IMG/VR virus record: IMGVR_UViG_2654587792_000011
From: a virus
Lineage: Duplodnaviria; Heunggongvirae; Uroviricota; Caudoviricetes
Strand: one strand, 5' to 3'
DNA length: 14,367 bases
The translations under genes were made by a program, and so were the position numbers. Below the pieces are notes generated by a model. That model was given only the letters and a program-made list of their open reading frames with translations, was not told where the DNA came from and made no database searches. Positions 1 to 7,948 of the stretch are shown in pieces; position 1 is the stretch's first letter, and every line of letters starts with the position of its first letter.

Positions 1-34
1 CCGCCCTGACAACATCATAGTGTTTAAATGCCAT
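1..34 (-). CDS. Partial CDS (5' end only); gene continues beyond the left edge of the window; product unknown
   Basis: Minus-strand ATG at 32-34 preceded by GGGAGG (complement of 41-46). Only 11 codons (MAFKHYDVVRA) fall inside the window. Not stx-like. Confidence 0.25.
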   Translation of the reverse strand, partial: MAFKHYDVVRA

Positions 35-227
35 GAATCCTCCCGGCCGGGATAATATTGTGAGTAAAATGAGGAGCGGGCTGAAGTCCGGAAGTTACAG
101 GACAATGGCAGAAGAGAGACAACAGCCCGCAATACGAAAAAGGCCGCGCTATTGCGCAGAGTGATTACTGTCGGATATTATTCGCCAGCTGAAATATTAC
201 TTCACGTTTTGTTGTTTATTCCTTGCC

Positions 228-256
228 GCCCGCGTCTCCCTGCGCGGGCTTTTTTT
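228..256 (+). terminator. Intrinsic terminator-like hairpin on the plus strand
   Basis: Stem GCCCGCG (228-234) / CGCGGGC (243-249), 8-nt loop, then seven T (250-256). No plus-strand gene is evident upstream of it. Confidence 0.4.
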
Positions 257-483
257 GTCCATAAGAAAGCCCCTCCGGAGAGGGGCTGGAGAGTGGCGCT
301 ATGTGCCATTGCATGGTGCCGGGTGCCTCCCGGTGAATTCAGTACCAGCACCTGAATCCGCGATTATCCCATATACCTACTCGCTGATTGCCCCTCCGCA
401 CAGGGGGATTCACCATGCCAGTTTCTTTTAACAAACTCCCCGCAAAACAGACAACAGTCAACCGCCTGAATTGTGAGACATTT

Positions 484-509
484 AAAAAAAAGGCCCGCAA
501 AAGCGAGCC
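484..509 (-). terminator. Intrinsic terminator downstream of the tRNA cluster
   Basis: Read on the minus strand: GGCTCGC-TTTT-GCGGGCC hairpin (one G-U pair) followed by eight U (complement of A484-A491). Lies 15 nt past the 3' end of the last tRNA. Confidence 0.5.
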
Positions 510-523
510 AGGGAAAATAAGTG

Positions 524-600
524 TGGCGCGTTGTACTGGATTCGAACCAGTGACCGATTGCTTAGAAGGCAATTGCTCTGTCCGGCTGAGCTAACAACGC
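524..600 (-). tRNA. argO: tRNA-Arg, anticodon UCU (reads AGA)
   Basis: The reverse complement gives a 77-nt cloverleaf: acceptor GCGTTGT/ACAACGC, D-stem GCTC/GAGC, anticodon loop CTTCTAA, T-arm with GGTTCGAAT, 3' CCA. The symbol follows the ileZ-argN-argO convention for phage tRNA trios from memory. Confidence 0.85.
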
Positions 601-613
601 ATGATGCAGATAA

Positions 614-690
614 TGGACCGCCATCGGGGACTTGAACCCCGCGCAGCCAGCTTCGAAGGCTGGCGCTCTTTCCTGATGAGCTAATAGCGG
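614..690 (-). tRNA. argN: tRNA-Arg, anticodon UCG (reads CGA)
   Basis: The reverse complement gives a 77-nt cloverleaf: acceptor CCGCTAT/ATGGCGG (one G-U pair), D-stem GCTC/GAGC, anticodon stem CCAGC/GCTGG with loop CTTCGAA, T-loop GGGGTTCAAGTCCCC, 3' CCA. Symbol by convention only. Confidence 0.75.
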
Positions 691-697
691 TATGTGA

Positions 698-773
698 TGG
701 TGGCCCTTGCTGGATTTGAACCAGCGACCTGGCGATTATGAGTCGCTCGCTCTCACCACTGAGCTAAAGGGCC
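698..773 (-). tRNA. ileZ: tRNA-Ile2-like, anticodon CAT (lysidine type, reads AUA)
   Basis: The reverse complement GGCCCTTTAGCTCAGTGGT...ACTCATAAT...GGTTCAAATCC...GGGCCACCA is a 76-nt cloverleaf closely resembling E. coli ileX-type tRNA. Confidence 0.85.
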
Positions 774-822
774 GGAAGCAGAATAATAATGGTGCGTAAT
801 TAATTCTGCAATCTCATCCGTT

Positions 823-1872
823 TCAAACGATTAAATCCTGAACTTCCCTGACTGTCTGCTCAAAACGTCCGGTCTCCAGCTCAACACCAATCGCACGACG
901 CCCCAGTGCCATCGCCGCTTTTACCGTTGAACCCGACCCCATGAAAAAATCCGCAACCAGATCACCAGGACGACTACTTGCGCTGATTATCTGCTGCAGC
1001 ATTTCTGCCGGTTTTTCGCACGGATGTTTCCCTGGATAGTACTGCACCGGTTTATACGTCCACACATCGGTGTACGGCACCTGCACCGTCACACCGAAAT
1101 ACCGCCGCAAATTTTTATATTCACTCAGCAGTTCCATATACTGCCGGTTCAGCTCACTGTATGTGCTGACCAGCTGGTGGTGTGGCTTTTCCAGTTCCCC
1201 GCGCTGATGTTTCTCTTCTGCCACCCGGGCAAACAACGCCTGCAATTTGTTGTAATCACCCTCGTTCGGTAACTGCCACTGACTGGTACCAAACCAGTGC
1301 GAAGCCATGTTTTTCTTTCCGGTGGCTTCCGCTATCTGTTTTGACGTTATTCCCAGTGATTTACGCGCATCACGAAAGTAAGAAATCAGCGGGGCCATGA
1401 CGTGCTGTTTTAGCTCGCGCCCCTGTGCCACATAGCCATCATCTTTCGGGCGATACGGTCCCTGATAATGTTCTGCAAACAGAATGCGCTCTGTTGCCGG
1501 AAAATACGCCCGCAGACTTTCCTTATTGCACCCGTTCCAGCGTCCGGACGGCTTCGCCCAGATAATGTGGTTCAGCACATTAAAGCGCTCACGCATCATG
1601 ATTTCGGTGTCAGATGCCAGGCGATGACCACAGAACAGGTAAAAACTTCCGGCAGGCTTCAGTACCCGCCAGAACTGCGCCAGACACTGGTCCAGCCATT
1701 TCAGGTAATCATCGTCGCCCTCCCACTGGTTATCCCAGCCCTCGGGCTTCACTTTAAAGTATGGCGGGTCTGTGACTATCAGATCGACAGAGTTTTCCGG
1801 TAAGGTCTGGATAAATTCCAAGCAATCAGCGTTGATTAACTCACAACTGGATATTTTTACAGTATTAACCAT
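823..1872 (-). CDS. DNA methyltransferase (amino-MTase, N6-adenine or N4-cytosine, beta-class)
   Basis: 349-aa ORF. Motif IV DPPY (IVTDPPYF) lies near the N-terminus and the SAM-binding motif I FxGxG (FFMGSGST) near the C-terminus, which is the beta-class order. No restriction-enzyme partner is adjacent. Confidence 0.85.
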   Translation of the reverse strand: MVNTVKISSCELINADCLEFIQTLPENSVDLIVTDPPYFKVKPEGWDNQWEGDDDYLKWLDQCLAQFWRVLKPAGSFYLFCGHRLASDTEIMMRERFNVLNHIIWAKPSGRWNGCNKESLRAYFPATERILFAEHYQGPYRPKDDGYVAQGRELKQHVMAPLISYFRDARKSLGITSKQIAEATGKKNMASHWFGTSQWQLPNEGDYNKLQALFARVAEEKHQRGELEKPHHQLVSTYSELNRQYMELLSEYKNLRRYFGVTVQVPYTDVWTYKPVQYYPGKHPCEKPAEMLQQIISASSRPGDLVADFFMGSGSTVKAAMALGRRAIGVELETGRFEQTVREVQDLIV

Positions 1873-2022
1873 AGATCAATAAGCACTTCTCTGATAGGCT
1901 CATACCGCTTTTGCGCAAAGCAGATGGGCCTGAGGTTTGCTTGTGACCCCAACGCATGAGCAGATGGCTGGCAGGTGCCGCTAACACCCACCAGCCGCCC
2001 ATTACCACAAATTAAAAAACCT

Positions 2023-2220
2023 TCACTGAGGAAGGCGTCTGTAACAACCGAACTGATAATCTGCCAGACCCGCCATAACAAGCTGAGTCAGTATTAACTG
2101 GCAGCGTTCGCGTGAAAGGTAAGTATTCTGCGCAATTTCCCCGACGGTCGCCGGTTCGGTGACGCTTAATTCATTAAACACCACTCTGGCGGTTTCGGTC
2201 ATATCCTGCTGTTTTAGCAT
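2023..2220 (-). CDS. Small hypothetical protein, possibly winged-helix
   Basis: The track ORF is 2023-2343, but its first 41 codons run into the terminator hairpin. An internal ATG at 2218-2220 with an AAGGGA-like SD upstream gives a 65-aa product (MLKQQDMTETARVV...). Confidence 0.35.
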   Translation of the reverse strand: MLKQQDMTETARVVFNELSVTEPATVGEIAQNTYLSRERCQLILTQLVMAGLADYQFGCYRRLPQ

Positions 2221-2343
2221 GCCTTTTTCCCTTTTCCGGTTAACGTGACATACCAATACCTCTTGTCGAAAAAGCCAGCAAGCTGAAAGACCGGCATTCG
2301 CAACCACCAGCGCATTTAACGTCCTGTACCGCTTTTCGGGCAC

Positions 2344-2371
2344 AAAAAAACCCGCATAAAGCGGGTTCTTT
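2344..2371. terminator. Strong intrinsic terminator, tR'-like for the minus strand
   Basis: A-run 2344-2350, stem CCCGC (2351-2355) / GCGGG (2361-2365), loop ATAAA, then TTCTTT. On the minus strand the hairpin is followed by seven U. About 85 nt downstream of the Q-like stop. Confidence 0.6.
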
Positions 2372-2455
2372 CAGGTGTCCATGTCTGCTATTCGCCTCGC
2401 GGTATAGCTTTGCGAAGCGTAGCTGGATTGAAACAGTTTATGCGTAAAAAATCAA
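2372..2455 (-). promoter_or_regulatory. Candidate late promoter and antitermination (pR'/qut-like) region
   Basis: Sits between the Q-like stop and the terminator. On the minus strand there is a TTGATT (-35-like) overlapping the Q stop, then 17 nt, then TTCAAT (-10-like). Assignment is by position and analogy only. Confidence 0.3.
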
Positions 2456-3006
2456 GACATTTTTTGAGCAAACGATTCTCGCATAGGGATGTATAGCGCA
2501 TATTCAGCAACAGCCAACCAATTAGCAATTCGCTTTTCGCATGTACTAAAACACCATTCCGGGTGCACCTCATTCAACAATTCAGCCATTTTGCGTTTAC
2601 TCATCCCCCGCCCTTCGTATCTTTGCCGCAGGATATCAATCAATCCAGGATAACGTGCAAGCGCTTTACTTATCACCCCATCAATGCGTAACGCCTCTGC
2701 ATCAGTACAGTGAGACAACCAGCTCTTCTGTCTGCCAGCGATCATCTCTCGCAAGAATGCTTCCAGCTCTGGTTTATCAATCCCTGACTCCCTGATTCTA
2801 CGCAGGGCTTCATTGATCGCGGTTTTTGTCAGTTTTTTGGATGTCAGCAACTGATTGAACATATTTCCTGGTTTGCCACCACCTATGTACGACCAACGCC
2901 CCCACATCCGTAATTTCCCCTGGATCCAGACGGCTTCCAGCGTTTTTAGACGTAAATGCTCGCCGCTTTTGCCTGTAATTTCCGGGTATATCATATTTAC
3001 GATCAC
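2452..3006 (-). CDS. Putative late-gene antiterminator (Q-like), called by position
   Basis: 184-aa ORF coupled to rusA by a 4-nt overlap and followed by a terminator, which is the usual rusA-Q-pR'-tR' arrangement in lambdoid phages. I cannot verify sequence homology. Confidence 0.45.
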   Translation of the reverse strand: MIVNMIYPEITGKSGEHLRLKTLEAVWIQGKLRMWGRWSYIGGGKPGNMFNQLLTSKKLTKTAINEALRRIRESGIDKPELEAFLREMIAGRQKSWLSHCTDAEALRIDGVISKALARYPGLIDILRQRYEGRGMSKRKMAELLNEVHPEWCFSTCEKRIANWLAVAEYALYIPMRESFAQKMS

Positions 3007-3362
3007 TCACTCTCAATTTTGTAAATCTTCACGCCCAGCCGCCCCCCAGGAACGAGCTGACCGCGCACAATATTAATTTCATCAAACTGCTCGTCGTCTA
3101 TGAGAAGTCCGGCATGCGTCAGCGCATCCAGTGGTGCTTTCAGGATATTGTCCAGGTCACGACGACGCTTATCCGGTGGCTCTGCAATAATCTTTATCGC
3201 CAGCCGTCCGGACAGGTTTAATTTCAGCCGCTGCTCGCGAACAATTAGCGCCACATCCCGGCGATAACGCTCACCGGCTTTTGATACAAAATATGTGTTG
3301 TCACGACGTCGCCAGTAGGTGTTCACCGTTGGCGGGTAAGGCAAAACAAACTCTATACGCAT
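3003..3362 (-). CDS. rusA: Holliday junction resolvase RusA
   Basis: 119 aa. Size and motifs (PPxxN near the N-terminus, RRRDLDN, GxLxDD) match the RusA family. Confidence 0.85.
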   Translation of the reverse strand: MRIEFVLPYPPTVNTYWRRRDNTYFVSKAGERYRRDVALIVREQRLKLNLSGRLAIKIIAEPPDKRRRDLDNILKAPLDALTHAGLLIDDEQFDEINIVRGQLVPGGRLGVKIYKIESE

Positions 3363-3374
3363 CAGTAACCTCTT

Positions 3375-4370
3375 TTACCCAAGCACGCCGGTTGCAAAGG
3401 CGTGATCAAGAAAATGAAAAATTAAATCAACCTGGGAACCATGCTTTTCTTCGAATGCCAGCGGATCCGCATGAAGCTCGTTGTGATGTTCCCGACACAG
3501 CGGTAGTGTGAAAATATCGTGGGATTTTGTTCCCATTCCACCCTGACCGTGGCCTATCAGGTGGTGGGCATCATCAGCAGGCTTTCCGCAACATGCGCAC
3601 GGCTGCGTCTTAACCCAGCGCGTGTACTTTTCATTAACCCAGCGGCGACGTTTTGGGCGTAACATAAAAGACTCCGGCGACTCCGGATCCACTTTCAGCG
3701 CCAGCACCTTTTTCGCCTTATCCTGGATGATGCTGGTGGCAGTAACCGAAGGCACAAGGTCACTTTCCCGGGTAACAGACGGCACAACAGGCTTCGGTAA
3801 TCTCAGTGCCTTACGGGCTGCACTTTCCGATAAGGCATCCGCCAGATCATTACGAATCAGCCACCAGCACAGTTCCGGCATTGTCACAACGTGACTGTCG
3901 TCAAAACCGAGCTCCCGACGCACAACAGACAACACCCAGCGGGCACAGTTATCCGTTGCCATTGATTCCAGCCGTTCCGTGAACTGATCGCGCAGCTGGT
4001 TATCGCAGTGCCAGCACAGACGGATTGCGCCCGGAGCGTGTCGCATTGTGGTCATGTTCTCGCTGTGCCAGTTGGAATGAGGCCACTGACAGCCCTTTTC
4101 ACGAAGTAACCAGCTTTCAAGACATTCCACGCCACCAGCACGACGGATCACTGCCTCATTGCGGAACACGGCCCGAACGGCAGGATCATCCGCCAGCGGT
4201 TGTGATGCCGCCGGAACGGCACCACTGGCAAAAGATGAATAACGTTCCGGCTCAGGCTCCAGCAGGACACGCCCCTGCATAAACAGGGGCATCAGCTCTG
4301 AACCGGGCCTGAACAATACGATCCCCATACGCGGGGCAATTTCAGGGGTCAGTAGTGCTCTCACGGTCAC
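3375..4370 (-). CDS. Conserved phage protein with C-terminal HNH-like Cys/His motif (DUF968-like)
   Basis: 331 aa. C-terminal CACCGKP...HHLIGHG...LCREHHNELH looks like a zinc-binding HNH nuclease-like motif. Sits between the helicase and rusA as in many enterobacterial prophages. Confidence 0.55.
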   Translation of the reverse strand: MTVRALLTPEIAPRMGIVLFRPGSELMPLFMQGRVLLEPEPERYSSFASGAVPAASQPLADDPAVRAVFRNEAVIRRAGGVECLESWLLREKGCQWPHSNWHSENMTTMRHAPGAIRLCWHCDNQLRDQFTERLESMATDNCARWVLSVVRRELGFDDSHVVTMPELCWWLIRNDLADALSESAARKALRLPKPVVPSVTRESDLVPSVTATSIIQDKAKKVLALKVDPESPESFMLRPKRRRWVNEKYTRWVKTQPCACCGKPADDAHHLIGHGQGGMGTKSHDIFTLPLCREHHNELHADPLAFEEKHGSQVDLIFHFLDHAFATGVLG

Positions 4371-4415
4371 CTCAGCGAACGGTATTGCATGAACGCAGAA
4401 GAAAAAATTCAGCCA

Positions 4416-4673
4416 TCACGCAGTAAACTCCTTCACCAGTATTTCAAACTGGCTTACCTGGCCTTCCAGTTCCGCCACGCAATCCACCAGCTCATCCACC
4501 GCCTTTTGTGTGCGGTGTTTTGCCAGCAGCAGATCACGCAGCGCCGGAGTAAGCTGCTTGCGGAGCGTATCCTTTGCCACGCTCGTTTTTTCCATCTGTT
4601 CAGCACAACGAAGCATCTCCTGCGCCTGCCGACGAAGTTGTTCCGGTGAAACAGTGATTGCTCTGTTGTTCAA
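4416..4673 (-). CDS. Hypothetical phage protein
   Basis: 85-aa ORF whose start overlaps the helicase stop by 4 nt. No recognisable motif. Confidence 0.45.
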   Translation of the reverse strand: MNNRAITVSPEQLRRQAQEMLRCAEQMEKTSVAKDTLRKQLTPALRDLLLAKHRTQKAVDELVDCVAELEGQVSQFEILVKEFTA

Positions 4674-6070
4674 AATAAACGCTCCGTTTTACTGCCCGAC
4701 ATGCGGTTATTGCTGTATCTGCGCGGATTGCCCGGCGTCATGGGTGTGGAAAGAACCCGGGCACTCTCCTGGTCCACAGGCAGAAAATGTCCGTTATGAA
4801 AACGCCGGTAAATGGTCCCGAGCGTGCCATTACGCTGTTTCGTGATGTTGATTTCTGCTATGCCTCTGGCCTGAGTTTCCGGGTTGTATACCTCATCCCT
4901 GTAAAGCATCAGAATGATGTCGGCATCCGCCTCGATTTCCCCGGAGTTTTTCAGGTCCGAGTTCATTGGGCGTTTATTGGGTCTGGATTCCACGCCGCGG
5001 GAGAGTTGGCTCAGAGCAATCAGCGGAAAACCGCCGGATTTTGCCAGGCTTTTAAGTCCCTTTGAGATTTCCCCCACAGCAAGGTCGTGACGCCCCGTGC
5101 TGCGGGTTTTAATCAGGCCGAGGTAATCGACCACAACCAGCGCCGTTTCCGGGTGTTTCATCCGGTGGTGCTTCGTGGTTGCACATATCTCATCAATGGT
5201 CAGGTTTGCCTGGTCCACCATCCAGATATTACGCCCCGTCATTCGTCCCACGCCCTGCGAGAAACGCGCCCAGTCTTCATCTTCAAAACGGGCAACAGAC
5301 TTAAGACGGGATACCGGCATTCCACCGGCAGCAGACACCATACGTTCACCAATCTGGATGTTCGCCATCTCCATGGTGAACAGAAGCACGCCATGCCCCT
5401 GCTCAGTCACCTTGTCGATGATGTCCAGCGCAAGTTCGGTTTTCCCCATCGAAGGACGGGCGGCAATGAATACCAGGTCTCCGGGCTCCATACCGCCCGT
5501 TTTTGCGTCCAGTTCATCAATACCGGTCATCAGCGCCCTGGATTTCTCCAGTCCCTGATTGCGGCATTCAACACGGTCGACCACTTCCGGAAGGACATCA
5601 TCAATGTGAACCGGCTGAATGACGCCCTTTCCGGTCGACAGTGAGGCCATCATGTTCTGCGCATCCTTCAGGGCATCCTCGGCTGCTTCACAGGTATACG
5701 CATCACGTAAATTCTGTAATGCTTCAGTCAGTGTTTTTTCTGCATCGCGCAGTGCGGCATTGCGCCGCAACGCTGCGACATAGTGCTCCAGTGAAGACTT
5801 CACCCAGGTTTTGCGTCCGGTGTCGGTAATCACCGGGGCAAGTTCCGGCATCTCATTGCACAGCAGTACGGGGTCAATGACGCCGGATATGCGAGCCTGT
5901 CTGCAAATCCCCGCGTAAATATCCCGGTACTGACGCACAAAAAATACATCCGCCGGAAGTGTGGCCAGAATATCCATCACTTCCGGATCGGCCCCACGCA
6001 GAAAAAACGCACCGATGACAGCGCCTTCCAGGTCATCGTTACGCCATGCCGGGGTGTTCTGGCTGGTCAT
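4670..6070 (-). CDS. Replicative DNA helicase, DnaB family
   Basis: 466 aa. Walker A ARPSMGKT, Walker B-like VVVDYLGL, overall DnaB-like RecA-fold C-terminal domain. Confidence 0.9.
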   Translation of the reverse strand: MTSQNTPAWRNDDLEGAVIGAFFLRGADPEVMDILATLPADVFFVRQYRDIYAGICRQARISGVIDPVLLCNEMPELAPVITDTGRKTWVKSSLEHYVAALRRNAALRDAEKTLTEALQNLRDAYTCEAAEDALKDAQNMMASLSTGKGVIQPVHIDDVLPEVVDRVECRNQGLEKSRALMTGIDELDAKTGGMEPGDLVFIAARPSMGKTELALDIIDKVTEQGHGVLLFTMEMANIQIGERMVSAAGGMPVSRLKSVARFEDEDWARFSQGVGRMTGRNIWMVDQANLTIDEICATTKHHRMKHPETALVVVDYLGLIKTRSTGRHDLAVGEISKGLKSLAKSGGFPLIALSQLSRGVESRPNKRPMNSDLKNSGEIEADADIILMLYRDEVYNPETQARGIAEINITKQRNGTLGTIYRRFHNGHFLPVDQESARVLSTPMTPGNPRRYSNNRMSGSKTERLF

Positions 6071-6954
6071 GCGGCAACACCTCCGATACGAGAACGGTAG
6101 CTGGGCCAGTTAAACGACAACCAGTTGCGCCCGCCATCGGTGATCCTGTCGGCAATCCGGGGACTGATGAACGCCCACAATTCTTCCGGTGAAAGGTTGC
6201 TGATCAGGATAGTTGGCAAAATACCCTCATACCGGGCATTGATAATTTCCTGCAAAATGGCCATTTCAGCCGCACTGCCAAACTGAACGCCGACTTCGTC
6301 GACAATCAGCAAATCCAGTGACGCATAATGCTCAATGACGTCATCCGCTGTTTTTTCACTGTCATTCCGCCAGCAGTTTTTCACAGCCCGGGTAAGGCGC
6401 ATCACGTCGGTGATCTCCACACTGGCCAGATAGTTACGGATGATGTGTTTTGCCATTGATACCGCCAGATGATTTTTCCCGGTACCGCAACTGCCGGTCA
6501 TAACAAGACTGGTACCGTTCTCCAGCATATCTGGCCAGTTCTCCGCATAGCGGCGACAGGCCGCAAGATTTCTGGCTGCGTCAGGATTAACCTCCAGATA
6601 ATTATCAAACTCGCAGTCCCGAAAACGCAGAGCAATTCCGGCGTTATCAGTCAGTTCTTCCGCCTTGAGGGACGACAGTTCCATGGTCAAATCACTGGCC
6701 TCAGCGATCAAGCAGTCAGGGCAGCATGAAATTTTTTCTCTGTCCTCGCCATTACGATCGATCCACACCAGTATATGCGTACGATATTTACCGTGTTTTT
6801 CGCAATATCCGCGACCTTCACGCATCAGGCAGGAACGATAAGGCCATGGCTTTTCGCCCTTCTGAGCAAATGCAATCTCTGCCCGTAACTCATCCATTCG
6901 CGCCTGTAGTCTTGTTTGTTTCTCACGTTGGTCAATCGTCATCATCGCTGTCAC
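6067..6954 (-). CDS. Helicase loader, DnaC/IstB-like AAA+ ATPase
   Basis: 295 aa. Walker A GSCGTGKNHLA, Walker B LLIVDEVG. Start overlaps the helicase gene by 4 nt. Confidence 0.85.
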   Translation of the reverse strand: MTAMMTIDQREKQTRLQARMDELRAEIAFAQKGEKPWPYRSCLMREGRGYCEKHGKYRTHILVWIDRNGEDREKISCCPDCLIAEASDLTMELSSLKAEELTDNAGIALRFRDCEFDNYLEVNPDAARNLAACRRYAENWPDMLENGTSLVMTGSCGTGKNHLAVSMAKHIIRNYLASVEITDVMRLTRAVKNCWRNDSEKTADDVIEHYASLDLLIVDEVGVQFGSAAEMAILQEIINARYEGILPTILISNLSPEELWAFISPRIADRITDGGRNWLSFNWPSYRSRIGGVAA

Positions 6955-6955
6955 C

Positions 6956-7948
6956 TCAGAATGTCAATTTGTTACTGGATTTACCGAATTTGTCAGACAT
7001 GGCTCCCAGGCCAGCCAGGACATCGACCTGTCGCTGTCGCCCACCTCCGTGAGCGGCTGGCTGTTGCCAGTAATCTTCGAAGTGACGATCGGGTCCAAAG
7101 AACGTCGCAGCCTGCTTCACGAACTGTGTGCCGATATTTCCTGTAGCACGTACCCAGGCGGCATACCGCTTCACGCCATCAAGCATGGTCTCCGGTTTTA
7201 TTCCCTCCCTGATACGGGCTTTCCAGGCTTTGAAGGCTGCTGACTTGGAATTGCCACCAGCACGTTTGGGATATTCCTGCCAGGCCTGTTCAAATTCCGG
7301 TGAATATTCCTGTCGGGCAGAACGCGCTGGCGCAGACGCGTCAGCGGATGCATCAATAGTGTTTTTAGTCTCCGTTGTAATCTCTGTAGTAATCTCTGTA
7401 TTTGTATCAACATTCGGCGTATCCCCTGTTCCGTTATGACGTCGGGGGGTGTTCCGTTTTAACGTAATAGCTGTATCGCTGATTGCATTATTGCTGTTAC
7501 TTTCTGGCGAAACAGAAGAAGGTGTGGTGATGGCCGCAATTGCCTGTGGGTTGATCCCGACAAACAAAATATTGCTGCATTTCACCCCATCGAGCATTTC
7601 CACCGTGCGTAAATCCAGAGTAATAAACCCTGCATCGCGCAGACGCTTCAGCGCATCTGCGGTTTCCCTTTTCCCGAAACCAAACTGCTCAGCAAACGCC
7701 TGGTAGCTTCTTTGCAGTTTGTCGCCCTGAAAACGCTTGCGATATCCCAGCAACGCTCCGGTGTGCTCATCCCTGACCTCTGTCGGGCGGTACCAGTAAA
7801 CGATCTCTGAAAGCAGAGCGATAGCCGTCGCATCCGGACGCCCACTGGGTAGTCGAATATATTTCCACCAGTTCGCAGGTGTAACATTGCCGGAAATATT
7901 AATTTGACCAATAGCCATAACTTCCGGTGTGGGGGCGTAACGGCTCAT
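6956..7948 (-). CDS. Replication initiator (lambda O-like replisome organiser)
   Basis: 330 aa directly upstream of the loader and helicase. Has a Ser/Thr/Asp-rich central linker with repeated peptide TEITTEITTE, and DNA direct repeats inside the gene (ori inside O, as in lambda). Confidence 0.55.
   Translation of the reverse strand: MSRYAPTPEVMAIGQINISGNVTPANWWKYIRLPSGRPDATAIALLSEIVYWYRPTEVRDEHTGALLGYRKRFQGDKLQRSYQAFAEQFGFGKRETADALKRLRDAGFITLDLRTVEMLDGVKCSNILFVGINPQAIAAITTPSSVSPESNSNNAISDTAITLKRNTPRRHNGTGDTPNVDTNTEITTEITTETKNTIDASADASAPARSARQEYSPEFEQAWQEYPKRAGGNSKSAAFKAWKARIREGIKPETMLDGVKRYAAWVRATGNIGTQFVKQAATFFGPDRHFEDYWQQPAAHGGGRQRQVDVLAGLGAMSDKFGKSSNKLTF
7377..7400. repeat. Tandem 12-bp direct repeat (GTAATCTCTGTA x2) with degenerate flanking copies; candidate origin iterons
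   Basis: Exact tandem copies at 7377-7388 and 7389-7400, flanked by related CTCCGTTGTAA and TTTGTATCAA. Located in the linker-coding part of the O-like gene. Confidence 0.4.

Noticed and set aside
1-523. Searched for a Shiga-toxin-like (stxA/stxB) gene downstream of the tRNA trio
   Set aside because: No ORF with a signal-peptide-like start or StxA-like sequence is present. The only gene start (32-34, minus) encodes MAFKHYDVV..., which is not Stx-like.
152-594. Track ORFs 152-355 (+), 339-572 (-) and 388-594 (+)
   Set aside because: They run through terminator hairpins and overlap the tRNA-Arg gene, have no SD, and are low-complexity. Treated as non-coding.
2023-2343. Full-length 106-aa version of the small ORF after the terminator
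   Set aside because: Its first 41 codons span the terminator hairpin and U-run, so the internal ATG at 2220 is the more plausible start.
2388-2573. Track ORF 2388-2573 (-) overlapping the Q-like 3' end and the putative late promoter
   Set aside because: It is in an alternative frame of the Q-like gene and the promoter/terminator interval. No support.
5087-5829. Plus-strand ORFs 5087-5644, 5175-5558 and 5641-5829 antisense to the helicase gene
   Set aside because: The minus-strand DnaB-like frame has clear Walker motifs, and these antisense frames are Arg/Ser/His-rich artefacts. Same reasoning applies to antisense ORFs inside the methyltransferase, DnaC-like, O-like and DUF968 genes.
7377-7400. 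Possible CRISPR array
   Set aside because: Only two contiguous 12-bp copies with no spacers, inside a coding region. This is an iteron or coding repeat, not CRISPR.
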